Below, piece after piece: positions 1 through 10,622 of a DNA stretch of 32,260 bases. Both the position numbers and the translations under genes were made by a program. The first letter of the stretch is position 1; each line of letters starts with the position of its first letter. The notes below the pieces were generated by a model. It had not been told where the DNA came from. It saw only the letters and a program-made list of their open reading frames with translations, and did no database searches. Location: the NCBI RefSeq assembly GCF_006345805.1, contig NW_021833021.1:1-32260 (forward strand). The letters run 5' to 3'. The DNA is from Octopus sinensis. Lineage: Eukaryota.

Positions 1-87
1 GATCTCAGTAAAAACAGCATTTGGAAGGCAGACACAAACAGGAGAGAGAATGAATTGACTGCAATCTATCATACATTTTTTTAGTTA

Positions 88-201
88 TCCACGGACGTAC
101 GTTTCGAAATCAAGTTTTAAGGAAAGCATAAGAATTAGATATTAAATATCAAATAATAAATAATTCTATCTTACCGAAACTTCTTTTCTCTTCAGCGTAG
201 A
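88..201 (-). ncRNA. Type I hammerhead ribozyme fold (PLE/retrozyme type, palindromic stem III)
   Basis: Minus strand reads TCTACG-CTGAAGA-GAAAAGAAGTTT...AAACTTGATTTC-GAAA-CGTACG-TC-CGTGGA. Stem I 6 bp, stem II 10 of 12 paired, stem III palindrome ACGTACGT, GUC cleavage predicted between 94 and 93. Confidence 0.8.
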
Positions 202-688
202 ATACTATAATCATAAATGATTATATATTGAATTTTGAGATACCAGAAGGCACCAACTCCACTCAGTATCAGAGCGAGCTAGAATCCGTAACTGGTATCA
301 CCGAATTCAATTTGTGAATGAAACGATTGTGTCAACAGCCCCTTCCCACCCGCGTGTAGCCAAAACAAGATGCTGTGGTCATCTACTGAGATAAAATATG
401 GTTATCCGTATAATGAAGGTGAAATTAATTAATTTGGAAAAATTATCAATTACACCAAGTAGTCTCGGCATGTAAAAGCCTCATTCGAGGAAAATTTAAG
501 TAATACTAAGCAATAAGGGTTTAGCAACGAGTTGCCTTACCACATACCGAATTTAGAAATAGCAGTCAAAGGTTATAGCTATTTCTTCTACTAAAAAGGG
601 AGATCTCAGTAAAAACAGCATTTGGAGGCAGACACAACAGGTAAGAGAGAATGAATTGACTGCAATCTATCATACATTTTTTTAGTTA

Positions 689-799
689 TCCACGGACGTA
701 CGTTCGAAATCAAGTTTTAAGGAAAGCAAAGAATTAGATATTAAATATCAAATAATAAATAATTCTATCTTACCGAACTTCTTTTTTCTCTTCGGTAGA
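689..799 (-). pseudogene. Second, damaged copy of the hammerhead in tandem unit 2
   Basis: Same sequence as 88-201, but the core reads CCGAAGA and the GAAA has lost one A. Confidence 0.65.
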
Positions 800-936
800 A
801 TACTATAATCATAAATGATTATATATTGAATTTTGAGATACCAGAAGGCACCAACTCCACTCAGTATCAGAGCGAGCTAGAATCCGTAACTGGTATCACC
901 GAATTCAATTTGTGAATGAAACGATTGTATATATAT

Positions 937-974
<38 letters not shown>

Positions 975-1300
975 TATGTATATATGCATATATATATTGT
1001 ATATAAATAAAAGGGGCAGGCAACAGGTTGCTTAGCCGCATACCGAAAAAATTAGAAATAGCAGTCTACAAATGGAGTCTACAAATGGGACTCCACGTAC
1101 GACATATCCCTGCAATTCACATATGCAAAACATATTATATTATTATATCATATTATTACTAATTATTATATTATTATATTACTAATTGTATATATGCAAA
1201 TATAGATGCATATATAAATGTAGTAAGACAGATAAACACACTCTTAAGACATATATTTACATGCAGCACAAAATACAGCTGGCGTAATATAGAAAAATAA

Positions 1301-1567
1301 AAGAATTATGTAAAGTCTTATCTTGACAGCTGTTTCAAGATGGCCATAACTTACGTAATAACTATATTCATAAATAATACGTGCATGTTGTCATAAGTGT
1401 GCATTCTGCGACAAATTCTGATGAAATCATTAAACCAAGTTAAACATCAGAATTTGTCGCAGAACGCACACCTGTGACATCATGAAAGTATTATTTATGG
1501 ATAGAGATATTACGTAAGTTACGGCCATCTTGAAACAGCAGTCGCGATAATACATTACATAAATCTT
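1301..1567. repeat. Fold-back inverted repeat, about 120-bp arms and 21-nt loop (MITE-like)
   Basis: 1301-1423 is an imperfect reverse complement of 1445-1567, e.g. GCTGTTTCAAGATGGCC / GGCCATCTTGAAACAGC and GCGACAAATTCTGATG / CATCAGAATTTGTCGC. Confidence 0.85.
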
Positions 1568-1667
1568 CCATTTTGCTTTTCTTCAGTTTGTCATCTGTAT
1601 TTGGTGCTATATTAAACATGTCTCAAGCCTTTGTTTATCTGTCTTACTATATCTATATGTGCATGTA

Positions 1668-1706
<39 letters not shown>

Positions 1707-1789
1707 TATTATTATAATAATAATATTAGGGAGTAAATCCAAACTTACAGGGAAAAATTAGATTTAGGACTAAATCCAATTTTATAGTA

Positions 1790-2026
1790 TAAATATATAT
1801 TATATTAAATTAGAGATAAAACCACTATTAAGCAAATCAAACAGTGAAAATCGTAAGCCAATACATAGAAATAAAATTAATTAAAAAAATATAAAATATA
1901 AATATAAAAAATATTAAATATAAATTTCCAATTAAAATATTTAAATTAAAGTTAAAATTTTAAAAATTATTTAAATAATTTAAACTTATAAATTTTAAAC
2001 AAATATATATATATTTTTTTTCTTTT

Positions 2027-2060
<34 letters not shown>

Positions 2061-2345
2061 TAATAATAATAATTAATAATAATAATATAATAATACTAAT
2101 ATAATAATATATATAATAATGATAATAATAAATATTATTAATATATTTAAAATTTTTAAGTTTAAATTATTTAAATAATTTTTTAAATTTTAACTTTAAT
2201 TTAAATATTTTATTTGGAAATTTATATTTAATATTTTTATTTTTATATTTTTTAATTAATTTTTTTCTATGTATTGGTTATGATTTTCACTGTTTGGTTT
2301 GCCTAATAGTGGTTTTATCTCTAATTTATATAATATATATATTTT
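1790..2345. repeat. AT-rich fold-back with about 200-bp arms around a (TA)/(TAA)n centre
   Basis: ATTAGAGATAAAACCACTATTA (about 1809) is inverted at about 2305-2326 (TAATAGTGGTTTTATCTCTAAT). Similarity extends inward to about 2000 and 2145. Confidence 0.85.
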
Positions 2346-2498
2346 ATATATATATATTATTATATATATATATATATATATAATATATATATTATATTAT
2401 ATATATATATACATATACATACATAAACTTTTATGTGTGTGTATATATATTAAAATATGTACACGCGTACATAATACATATGTGTGCGTGTATGTGTA

Positions 2499-2662
2499 CG
2501 ATAAACTTCTTTCGGTTTCAGTCTACCAAATCTGCACAGAAAGCTTTGGGCGACCCGGGGCTATAGTAGAAAGCATTTGTCCAATGTGCTGCACATTGGG
2601 ATGAAACCAAAGCTAACATGGTTTGGAAGCAAGCTTCTTACCACACAGTCACGCTTACGCCC
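2499..2662 (-). mobile_element. Degenerate tRNA-derived SINE (octopus-type family)
   Basis: Reverse complement has a tRNA-like head and the GATTTGGTAGACTGAAACCGAAAGAAG tail; same family as 29112-29242. Confidence 0.7.
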
Positions 2663-3933
2663 GATTTATATATTTTATCTGTTTACTTATTTTCTTATTG
2701 ATGTCGTTGTCATATCGTGTTCTGCTGTTTTGTTTTCTCTGTTTTCCTTCAGTATTTCTGCTTCGTTTTGTTTATTCGTTTTTTTTTTCTTTTATCTGTC
2801 AGTCTTATTTTGTTTTCGTGTTTTCTCTTATTATTATTGTTTTCTATTCAAGGACATTTTCCAGTTGTGTTGAGATAATGTTCGACGCCACGCTGATTGC
2901 CATGCTATTGCGCTGCAACCAGAAACTTATGACGAACAACATGGCCAATTCGTTAATGAAGGTGAATATATGATAGTAGCTTCTTCGTGTCCGAAGACCT
3001 CGAAGAAGAGCAGCATGTCCCCGAGTGGCTTTGTAGACCGATTCTTGATTCTACAGAGCTTTTCTCGCTACCTGCACTAATTGTTTTAAAGTGAGAGCCA
3101 GATCCTACAATTCTTAGGCACAGATGTTTGACTACAATAGTTCAGCGGGCCAAGACTGCTGTGAAGACCATCACTCTGTAGGTTTTAAATTAGACAGGCC
3201 TTCTCCAAAGCGAATTGGCTTCCAGGGTGATAGCTCCACCTACCTAGGAGCTGACTGAAGTCTGTCAAAGAGGACGCCGGACTGCCTGATGGACTCTAGT
3301 CCTTGATTTACCGTCGTGGTTAACTCCCTGTACTCTTTCCCATGCCAGGGGTTTCTTCTATAAGATGCTAATTGACCAATAGCTAGGACACTGGCAAGTC
3401 TTACGACACCAGATCAGGTTAGAGCTGGGAACAATACACACATTTCTGCATGCGCACAAACACGCACACGTGATCCTTTAAAAGGAATAATTTTGACAAT
3501 AGCTTCATTGCAGCAAAAAAGGATAAGTTGGTCGAAACTTCGAAGTTACAATCAACGTTATTCTTATTAAAGAATAATAAAATATATCCTATAAGAAGTT
3601 TTGAGCAATCCTTCAAGTTTGTACAAAATTGTTTTTATTACAATCTCGACATAAAAGCAACATATATATATATATATAATATATACACACACGCACACAT
3701 AATTACACACATGAATGCATGCATATATACATGTACAAATGAGTACATACACAGACACACTCGCGCATGCACAAACATGTATGTATTTAGGTAAGTAGTT
3801 ACGAGGCATATTAGTAGGCAGGTAAACATTCAGACAACAGACGCTATATGTGTATGCGTATGTGTGTGCAGACACATACAAAATATGTATGAGCATATAC
3901 ATATGTGTGTGTGTGTGTATGAATGTATGTTTG

Positions 3934-4007
<74 letters not shown>

Positions 4008-4444
4008 ATGGTTATATATGTAGACATATACATATATATATGATATATATAAATAAATAAATGTACATGATATATGTATATATGTTATGTATATATATGT
4101 ATACACACACCACACATATTACTATTTGTTTTTATGTTCACTTATAATAAAAACAATTTTATGTTAATCTGATGGGTTACTCTATACTTTTGTAGAGTAC
4201 AACTTTGTTATTATTGTTATACTTCGGGGTGGTCGTATTTTGCTAATTAAACAAACGCATAATTTATTTGATCTTCGCTTCAGCTCTATCATTATTATTT
4301 TGGTTTGTTTGTCTAAGCTCTTTCGTCGCACATTCTCTGACCCCTCTAACAATTCTTTATCCCACGTCTCTCTTCTTGTTCTATTTATTCCATTTTTCAT
4401 GGAGTCGCTGAAGAGGTCACGGGATGTGTGAAGAAAGATTTCAG

Positions 4445-5009
4445 ACAGGACACGCGCATTGGCTTGGTCTCCAGATCCGTGAGCCTCATGAATGCCGCTG
4501 CAGGTCCACTGTGGATACTTTCGCCATCCACTCACTGTCATGCCGTTATAGTGCTGGTCGCCTTCCACACCATGTCGCTCTAGACGATGCAGGCTTCTCT
4601 TCCCAGCTTAAACCAGCCGGGCTAGATTGAGGTAACGGTAAAGGGTAGGATGGTATGTCAATTTTCCCGTTCCGTGGCAGTAGGCCCCTTATCTATGATA
4701 TCACATGCTATAACACCTTCTCCAGCAGTAACTTGGTGCGGTCAGCTACCAGCCCAACCCTGGCTTCTGCTGCTCGTCAGGCTGAGAAAAGCAAACTGTG
4801 AAAGGCATCGGTCGCTCTATCGTCGAGCCTGTAGTAGTGGAAACCACCAGCGTTCTCGAACCCCGGATCATATCCCTTCGTACCGCCATCGGGGCGGAGA
4901 TTGTTGTCCCCGTGAGTCAGAGTGGCTGTTCCAGCACGTCTCTCTTACCATTCTCCGAGGTAAGGCTTTTTCCATTTTGTCTACTGGGGTCATGAGAAAT
5001 ACTTCTTAA
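4445..5009 (+). mobile_element. 3' fragment of a CRE-like non-LTR retrotransposon (zinc knuckle plus restriction-like endonuclease), decayed
   Basis: Across frames: LGLQIREPHECRCRSTVDTFAIHSLSC (C-x-C...H...C), QLKPAGLD, DGMSIFPF, YDITCYNTF, VEPVVVETT and RESEWLFQHVSLTILRGKAF. Stops and frameshifts present. Confidence 0.75.
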
Positions 5010-5330
5010 CAACGATATATATAGCTCACACATATTAACACATGAACGCCCCCACAACACATTACGTCTTCAAATCTTATGAGGTAAAAACCAAATTTCT
5101 TTCTTAACGAAGGTATTTGATGATGACGGCTTCAGTGAAATTACATCTATACCGGTATTTAAACATCAATGTTGACGTCAGCAGGCATTAGCTTCAGCGA
5201 AGACTAAATATATAGTGCGTGTTTAATTGATAAATGATGCAATCCCGAAATATAATAACATCTGTTTCCACACACGATTTCACATCACGAATCTTGCTAA
5301 ACGTAAATTTATTATTCTTAAATAAGACTG

Positions 5331-5409
5331 TTGACAGTGACTTCGAAGTTTCTAATGAACCGCAGTCCGGCAATAGCTCAGCTGGTCGAAACTTTGAAGT
5401 CATTGTCAA
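5331..5409. repeat. Short palindromic dispersed repeat with 22-bp arms
   Basis: TTGACAGTGACTTCGAAGTTTC ... GAAACTTTGAAGTCATTGTCAA. Related half-sites near 3530, 11990 and 31540. Confidence 0.6.
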
Positions 5410-5568
5410 TAAAATTTTTGTATAAGAATACACACACAGACTGACGATCGAAAGCTCCGAATCACCCATCCTTGTTTTTTCCTATCCTTTTTTGTATCGT
5501 CTAACTGTCCGGATGTTTTGCTGTTGCCTGTTATGTTCTTGTTCCATTTTTTTTTTGTTTGATTTCAT

Positions 5569-5612
<44 letters not shown>

Positions 5613-5667
5613 AAAACAAAAAAATGGAACAAGAACATAACATATATATACACACACACACCACACA

Positions 5668-5982
5668 CATCAGGAACACTCCGTTAGTTGCGACGACGGG
5701 GGTTCCAGCTGATACAATCAACGGAACAGCTTGTTCGTGAAATTAACGTGCAAGTGGCTGAGCAATCCACAGACACGTGTACCCCTAACATAGTTCTCGG
5801 GGAGATTCAGCGTGACACAGTGTGTGACAAAGCTAGTCATTTTGAAATATAGATACAACTCATTTTTGCCAGCAGAGTGGACTGGAGCAACGTGAAATAA
5901 AGTGTCTTGCTCAAGGACACAACATGTCGCTGGGAATTGAACTCACGACCTTACAATCATGAGTCGAATGCCCTAACCATTA
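5668..5982 (-). mobile_element. tRNA-derived SINE, near full length
   Basis: Minus strand: TGGTTAGGGCATTCGACTC...GAGTTCAATTCC (A/B-box-like), then TTGTGTCCTTGAGCAAGACACTT and a tail running into microsatellite. Confidence 0.85.
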
Positions 5983-6087
5983 TACATACACACATGCATA
6001 TATACATACATATATACATACATATATATATACATATATATATATATACATACATATATATATATACATACATACATATATATGTAC

Positions 6088-6157
<70 letters not shown>

Positions 6158-6291
6158 ATATACATACATATACATACATACATACATACATACATACACA
6201 CATACATACATACATACATACATACATACATACATACATACATACATACATACATACTACATATATATATATATAATATATCTATATATAT

Positions 6292-6327
<36 letters not shown>

Positions 6328-6338
6328 ATAATATATAT
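5983..6338. repeat. Compound (TA)/(TG)/(TACA)n microsatellite
   Basis: Directly visible; explains the YI/HT/VC-rich spurious ORFs here. Confidence 0.95.
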
Positions 6339-7014
6339 AAGTAATTTTAGAGACAGAACCACCTTCAATTCAATCAACACTGAAAGGTTTTATACCCACC
6401 ACTCCGTAATAGTTAAGAATTAAATCTTATACTAACTATATCTATTCTGAATCCCGTATCTTCCGTTTATAAAACTTCACGTGTTTCATGAAAGTACGTC
6501 GGTATTAATTAGATACGAGGTATCTAGTTTCAATACTTAATCGGGTAAACATACTCCCAATCTTCAGGTCTGGATTCCTCAACATTTTTCTGTACCCATA
6601 ACTCTTATATACTTCCATGATACTCTATTTCTTTTTATTCCTTAAATTTTTACTCCTCAAATTTTTAATATTCAGTTATTATTTTTATTTATTACTTGTA
6701 TTTCTATTCATTTGTACATGTTAAGTAAGATTATATTGAAGATATAGAGTTAGGGGTAGTGAAAAAGGTTGAGGAATCCAGACCTGAAGATTGGGAGTAT
6801 GTCGACCCGAGTAAGTATTTAAACTAGATACTTCGTATCTAATTAACTTCCGACGTACTATCATGAAACACGTGTAGTCTTATAAACGGAAAATACGGGA
6901 TTCAGAATAGATATAGTTAGTATAATATTTAATTTTTAACATTTTATGGAGTGGTTGGGTATAAAAGCTTTCAGTGTTGATTGAGTTGAAGTAGTTCTGC
7001 CTCTAAAATTACTT
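6339..7014. mobile_element. Fold-back element with about 280-bp arms flanked by TA runs; probably inverted PLE terminal repeats, alternatively a MITE
   Basis: AAGTAATTTTAGAG at 6339 and CTCTAAAATTACTT ending at 7014. Arms 6339-6617 and 6737-7014. Each arm carries a hammerhead-like motif. Confidence 0.75.
6780..6880 (+). ncRNA. Type I hammerhead-like fold with an atypical U-U first pair in stem II
   Basis: AGAC-CTGAAGA-TTGGGAGTATGTCG...CGACGTACTATCAT-GAAA-CACGTG-TA-GTCT. Stem I 4 bp, long stem II, palindrome ACACGTGT, GUA site at 6876/6877. Confidence 0.6.
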
Positions 7015-7103
7015 TTATATATACGAATTAAACATTGAGAGATGTTCATTTAGTACATCTAATTTGAATGTCTTTTTCCTGTGTACTTTGAAGTAATATT
7101 CCC

Positions 7104-7141
<38 letters not shown>

Positions 7142-7252
7142 TAATAATAATAATAAAATAATAATAATAATAATAATATAATAATAATAATAATAATAAT
7201 AATATACTAATAATAATATAATTAATAATAATAATATAATAATAATAATAAT
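7104..7252. repeat. (TAA)n microsatellite
   Basis: Directly visible; forms the 5' flank of the LINE at 7253. Confidence 0.95.
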
Positions 7253-8188
7253 AAACCTCTCTATGGCAAATACCCAAAGAGAGCAATAATGTAGATATTG
7301 ACAAAGCCTTGACCCATCAAAGGCTAATGGCCTCTGGCTTAAAATCTGAAACAGAAGGTTTATCATAGCAGCTCAGATCAATGCCTACCTACAAGAAACT
7401 ACCAGGCCAACTTATTAAAGAACGGCAGTAGCTCCACATGTCGTGTATGTCGACAACAAAATGAAACCATTGATCATGTTGTCTCCAAGTGCAGTCTTCT
7501 TGCGCATACAGAGTATCTCAACAGGCATGATAGAGCTGCACAATATATTCACTGGGTAATTTGCAAAAACCTGGACTTGCCCCATGATAAAAACTGGTGG
7601 GAACACAAACCACTTCCATTGCTTGAAAATGATCACATCTCACTACTCTGGAACTTCACCATTCAAACTGACAAAAAGATAGATGCAAACAGGCCAGACA
7701 TCATATTGAAAGACTTCAGACAAAGAACATGCCTCCTCATTGATATGACTGTCCCAATCGATATAAACGTATCTGTCAAGACCTACCAAAAACTGAGGAA
7801 ATATAAAAATCTTGAAATAGAAATCAGCAAAATGTGGAACCTGAAGACTAAAACAATACCTGTTGTCATAGGTGCCCTGGGAATGATAGCGAAAGGGGTG
7901 ATTGCACCTAACTCAGATACCAGGAAACCCCAAAATGGCAGAAATTCAAAGATGGTGCTCATGGGAACTGCCCATATCCTACGCAAAATACTTTCTATGT
8001 AATCTCAAGGTTTAAAACAACCTTTTTAAAAAAATTTATTTATTAGACATTCACTAGTACAACACAAAAAACAAATTATGGCACACTAGGCATAACAACA
8101 ACGTGAACTTCCAACCTGTTGTCTCTTGAGGTCTCTGGGTGAGACTTGGAGCCAACTTGTACAGACATAAAGCAAAGTCAAACATAGA
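7253..8188 (+). mobile_element. 5'-truncated R4/Dong-like non-LTR retrotransposon (CCHC knuckle, RLE and 3' UTR), frameshifted
   Basis: KPLYGKYP, GLKSETEG, TCRVCRQQNETIDHVVSKC, RHDRAAQYIHW, LWNFTIQTDKKIDANRPDII, IDMTVP, KY..LEIEISKMWNLKTKTIPVVIGALG, GTAHILRK. Ends in (TAA)n. Confidence 0.85.
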
Positions 8189-8218
8189 ATAATAAATAAT
8201 AATAATAATATAATAATA

Positions 8219-8261
<43 letters not shown>

Positions 8262-8430
8262 AAATAATAATATATAATAATAATAATAATGGTAATGATA
8301 ATATATATATACATATAAGAGCGTAGGCTCGAAGCGTAAAAGACGTTCTCAGTTTACCGAGCGTTAAACTAATACACCTGCTTGTTGTTCATACACATGT
8401 CTTCGTCTTTTGCTTTGCTGTAAATTTCAA

Positions 8431-8482
<52 letters not shown>

Positions 8483-8503
8483 GTGTTTTTGTGGGGTATA
8501 TAG

Positions 8504-8648
8504 AGGACACATAGCTTAGTGGTTAGGGTGTTGGTCTCATAATCGTAAGATTGTGGTTTCAATTCTTGGATCGGGTGACGTGTTCTGTTCTTATGCAAAA
8601 CACTTCACTTCACGTTGCTACAGTCTACTTAACCGGCAAAAATGACTA
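8504..8648 (+). mobile_element. tRNA-derived SINE head, 3'-truncated
   Basis: TAGCTTAGTGG A-box and GGTTTCAATTC B-box-like motif, followed by a body matching 5668-5982 and 12936-13242. Confidence 0.75.
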
Positions 8649-8714
8649 TACACACATACATATGTATATGTATGTGTGTGTGTGGGAGCCATTGTGCTTG
8701 CGATTGGTCCTCTC

Positions 8715-8870
8715 CTAACAATCGGTGTCGGTCTCGTAGCTTAGCGGTTCAGCAGAGGGACCGATATAGAATGAATACCGGGTTTTAAAAAATTAATTAG
8801 GTCGATTTCTTCGACTGAAACCTTCAAGGCGGTGCCCCAGTATGGTCGCAGTCTAATGACTGAAACAAGT
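8715..8870 (+). mobile_element. SINE 3' portion
   Basis: Tail CCTTCAAGGCGGTGCCCCAGTATGGTCGCAGTCTAATGACTGAAACAAGT, related to the tails at 12187 and 13808. Confidence 0.7.
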
Positions 8871-8876
8871 TGTATA

Positions 8877-10128
8877 CGAGGGGTGGATGAAAAGCCTTGA
8901 GCCGCAAAACAACAAAACATGGGACAAAACTTCTGATTATATATTTTTCCACATAGTCCCCTTTGATGGTTGAACACTTTCCCTAGCGGTGCTGAAGCGC
9001 CATTATCCTGGCGCAGAGGAACTCTTTTGTTTGAGACTCCAAGAAACTTCCTACAGCGTCTATGACGTCATTGTCACTGGCAAAATGGCGACCAGGGGCT
9101 TTTTTCATTTTTGGGAATAGATGAAAGTCAGAGGAGGCTAAGTCTGGCGAATAAGGCGGATGGGGAACAAGTTCATATCCTCAATAACGAATTGTTGCCA
9201 TGGCAACCACTGAGGTGTGGGCTGGAGCATTGTCGTGATGAAAAAGGACTCCTCTGGTGAGCATTCCCTGCCTTTATTCTTTGATTGCTTCCCGGAGGCG
9301 TTTCAGTAGATGAGAATGATACAGCCCTGTCACGGTGTGATCCTTTTCAAGATAATCGATCAGTAAGACACCTTGAGAATCAAAAAAAAAAAAGTCGGAC
9401 GCCAGGACCTTGCCAGCTGAAGGAATGACCCCGGCCTTCTTTGGGGTAGGAGAAGATGTGTACTTCCACTGATTTGATTGTTCTTTGGTTTCAGGCTGGT
9501 AGTGATGAACTCAACTTTCATCCATAGTAATGAAACGAGCAAGGAAATTCTCTTCATCGGCTTCAAACAGTTTCAGATTGCTCGGGGACAAAGTGCACTT
9601 GGTGCGTTTCCGATCAGGAGTAAAAAGGCGAAGGACTCACCTTGCAGAAACCTTTGAGAACCCAAGTTCTTTTGTCACAATGTTGTCTGCTCTTTCAGTT
9701 GAGATGCCCAGTCTCTCGGCAATCTAACTACATGTTTTTCGACGATCTTGCATTATCATACGAAGATCAAGGTCAATATTGTCCTCGGTGGTTGCAGTTG
9801 GAGGTATCCCTGGTCTGGGATCATCTTCCACAGTCTCCCTGCCACGCTGGAATTCATTTACCTAGCGTTTGACAGTTGCATATGAAGGAGCAGATGCCTT
9901 TCAAATGAAGGTACTTCATGACAGCACGATACTCAATTCTCCCCATTTTCCTCGTAACCTTGACACTTGTTTATTAAAAAAAATTGTAACAAAGCAAAAT
10001 TAAAATATCAGAATCATGAAAATGAGCAAGAATACCCCGAAAAGACTCTACTTACCAGAAAAAAATCGTTTCAGCTCCCTAACAAACCCGTTTCTAGGTT
10101 GGGCTCAAAATGTTTCGTGCACCCCTCG
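8877..10128 (-). mobile_element. Near full-length decayed mariner (irritans-like), DD34D transposase pseudogene at about 9946-8940
   Basis: TIRs CGAGGGGTGGATGAAAAGCCTTGAGCC (after TA) and GGCTCAAAATGTTTCGTGCACCCCTCG. Protein pieces MGRIEYRAVMKYLHLKG, ITMDES, HHDNAPAH and PHPPYSPDLASSDFHLF, with stops and deletions. Confidence 0.9.
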
Positions 10129-10272
10129 AGTATATGTGTGTGTGCGTGTAAGTGGATGTGATTGTACATGGAGAGAGAAAAGGGGAGGGAGAGAGAGAAG
10201 TAAACTGAGGGAGCAACAGTGAAATAGTGACAGAGAAGCAATAGTTAGAGAGACTGAGAGAGAGAGAGAGAG

Positions 10273-10557
10273 AGAGATAGAACGAAAGATATATTGAGAT
10301 AGAGAGAGACGTGGGGAAGAGGAAAGGGCAACGTTCGGTGGTATGTAGCAGTAGAATTGGTAAAGGATATCAGGACGTTTCAGTGTTTTATATGAGACAA
10401 CCAGTCTGATAAAGTTCTATCTGGTTTCTACAAGTATATAATACAGACATACACACACCCACACACTCACCCATTAAGGGGCGGAGCTAAACTGCAGCAA
10501 CTGTATCGGGTCTGTTGCTACCTACCTACAAACGCACGAGCGCGCACGCGCACGCGC
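10273..10557 (+). repeat. Copy 1 of a 285-bp apparently identical direct repeat
   Basis: Matches 13501-13785 base for base by eye (offset 3228). Confidence 0.9.
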
Positions 10558-10622
10558 GCATACACAGTCACACACATATTCAGTACACGTGTGTGTGCGC
10601 GTGTGTATGTGTCTATGTGATA

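Larger units (their letters stand above)
1..928. repeat. Head-to-tail tandem repeat with a 601-bp unit (1-601) and a partial second copy (602-928); non-coding, carries a hammerhead fold
   Basis: GATCTCAGTAAAAACAGCATTTGG at 1 and 602. 1-330 aligns with 602-928 with mostly small indels. Copy 2 stops at a (TA)n run. The array may continue upstream of the window. Confidence 0.9.

Noticed and set aside
2850-3400. Unique-looking stretch, possibly the 5' region of an RTE-type LINE on the minus strand
   Set aside because: Only a vague recollection of similarity; no protein motif recovered in the frames tried.
4408-4445. CTGAAGA followed by GAAA
   Set aside because: No paired stem II or stem III; other isolated cores (1580, 14518, 28547, 29916) fail the same way.
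5331-5409. GAAA-CTTCGAAG-TC palindrome as a hammerhead stem III
   Set aside because: No CTGANGA core in any of the copies seen.
8316-8420. GAGC-GTAG-GCTC-GAAG hairpin resembling the 3' half of a PLE hammerhead
   Set aside because: Core missing and GAAA mutated; at most a truncated relic.
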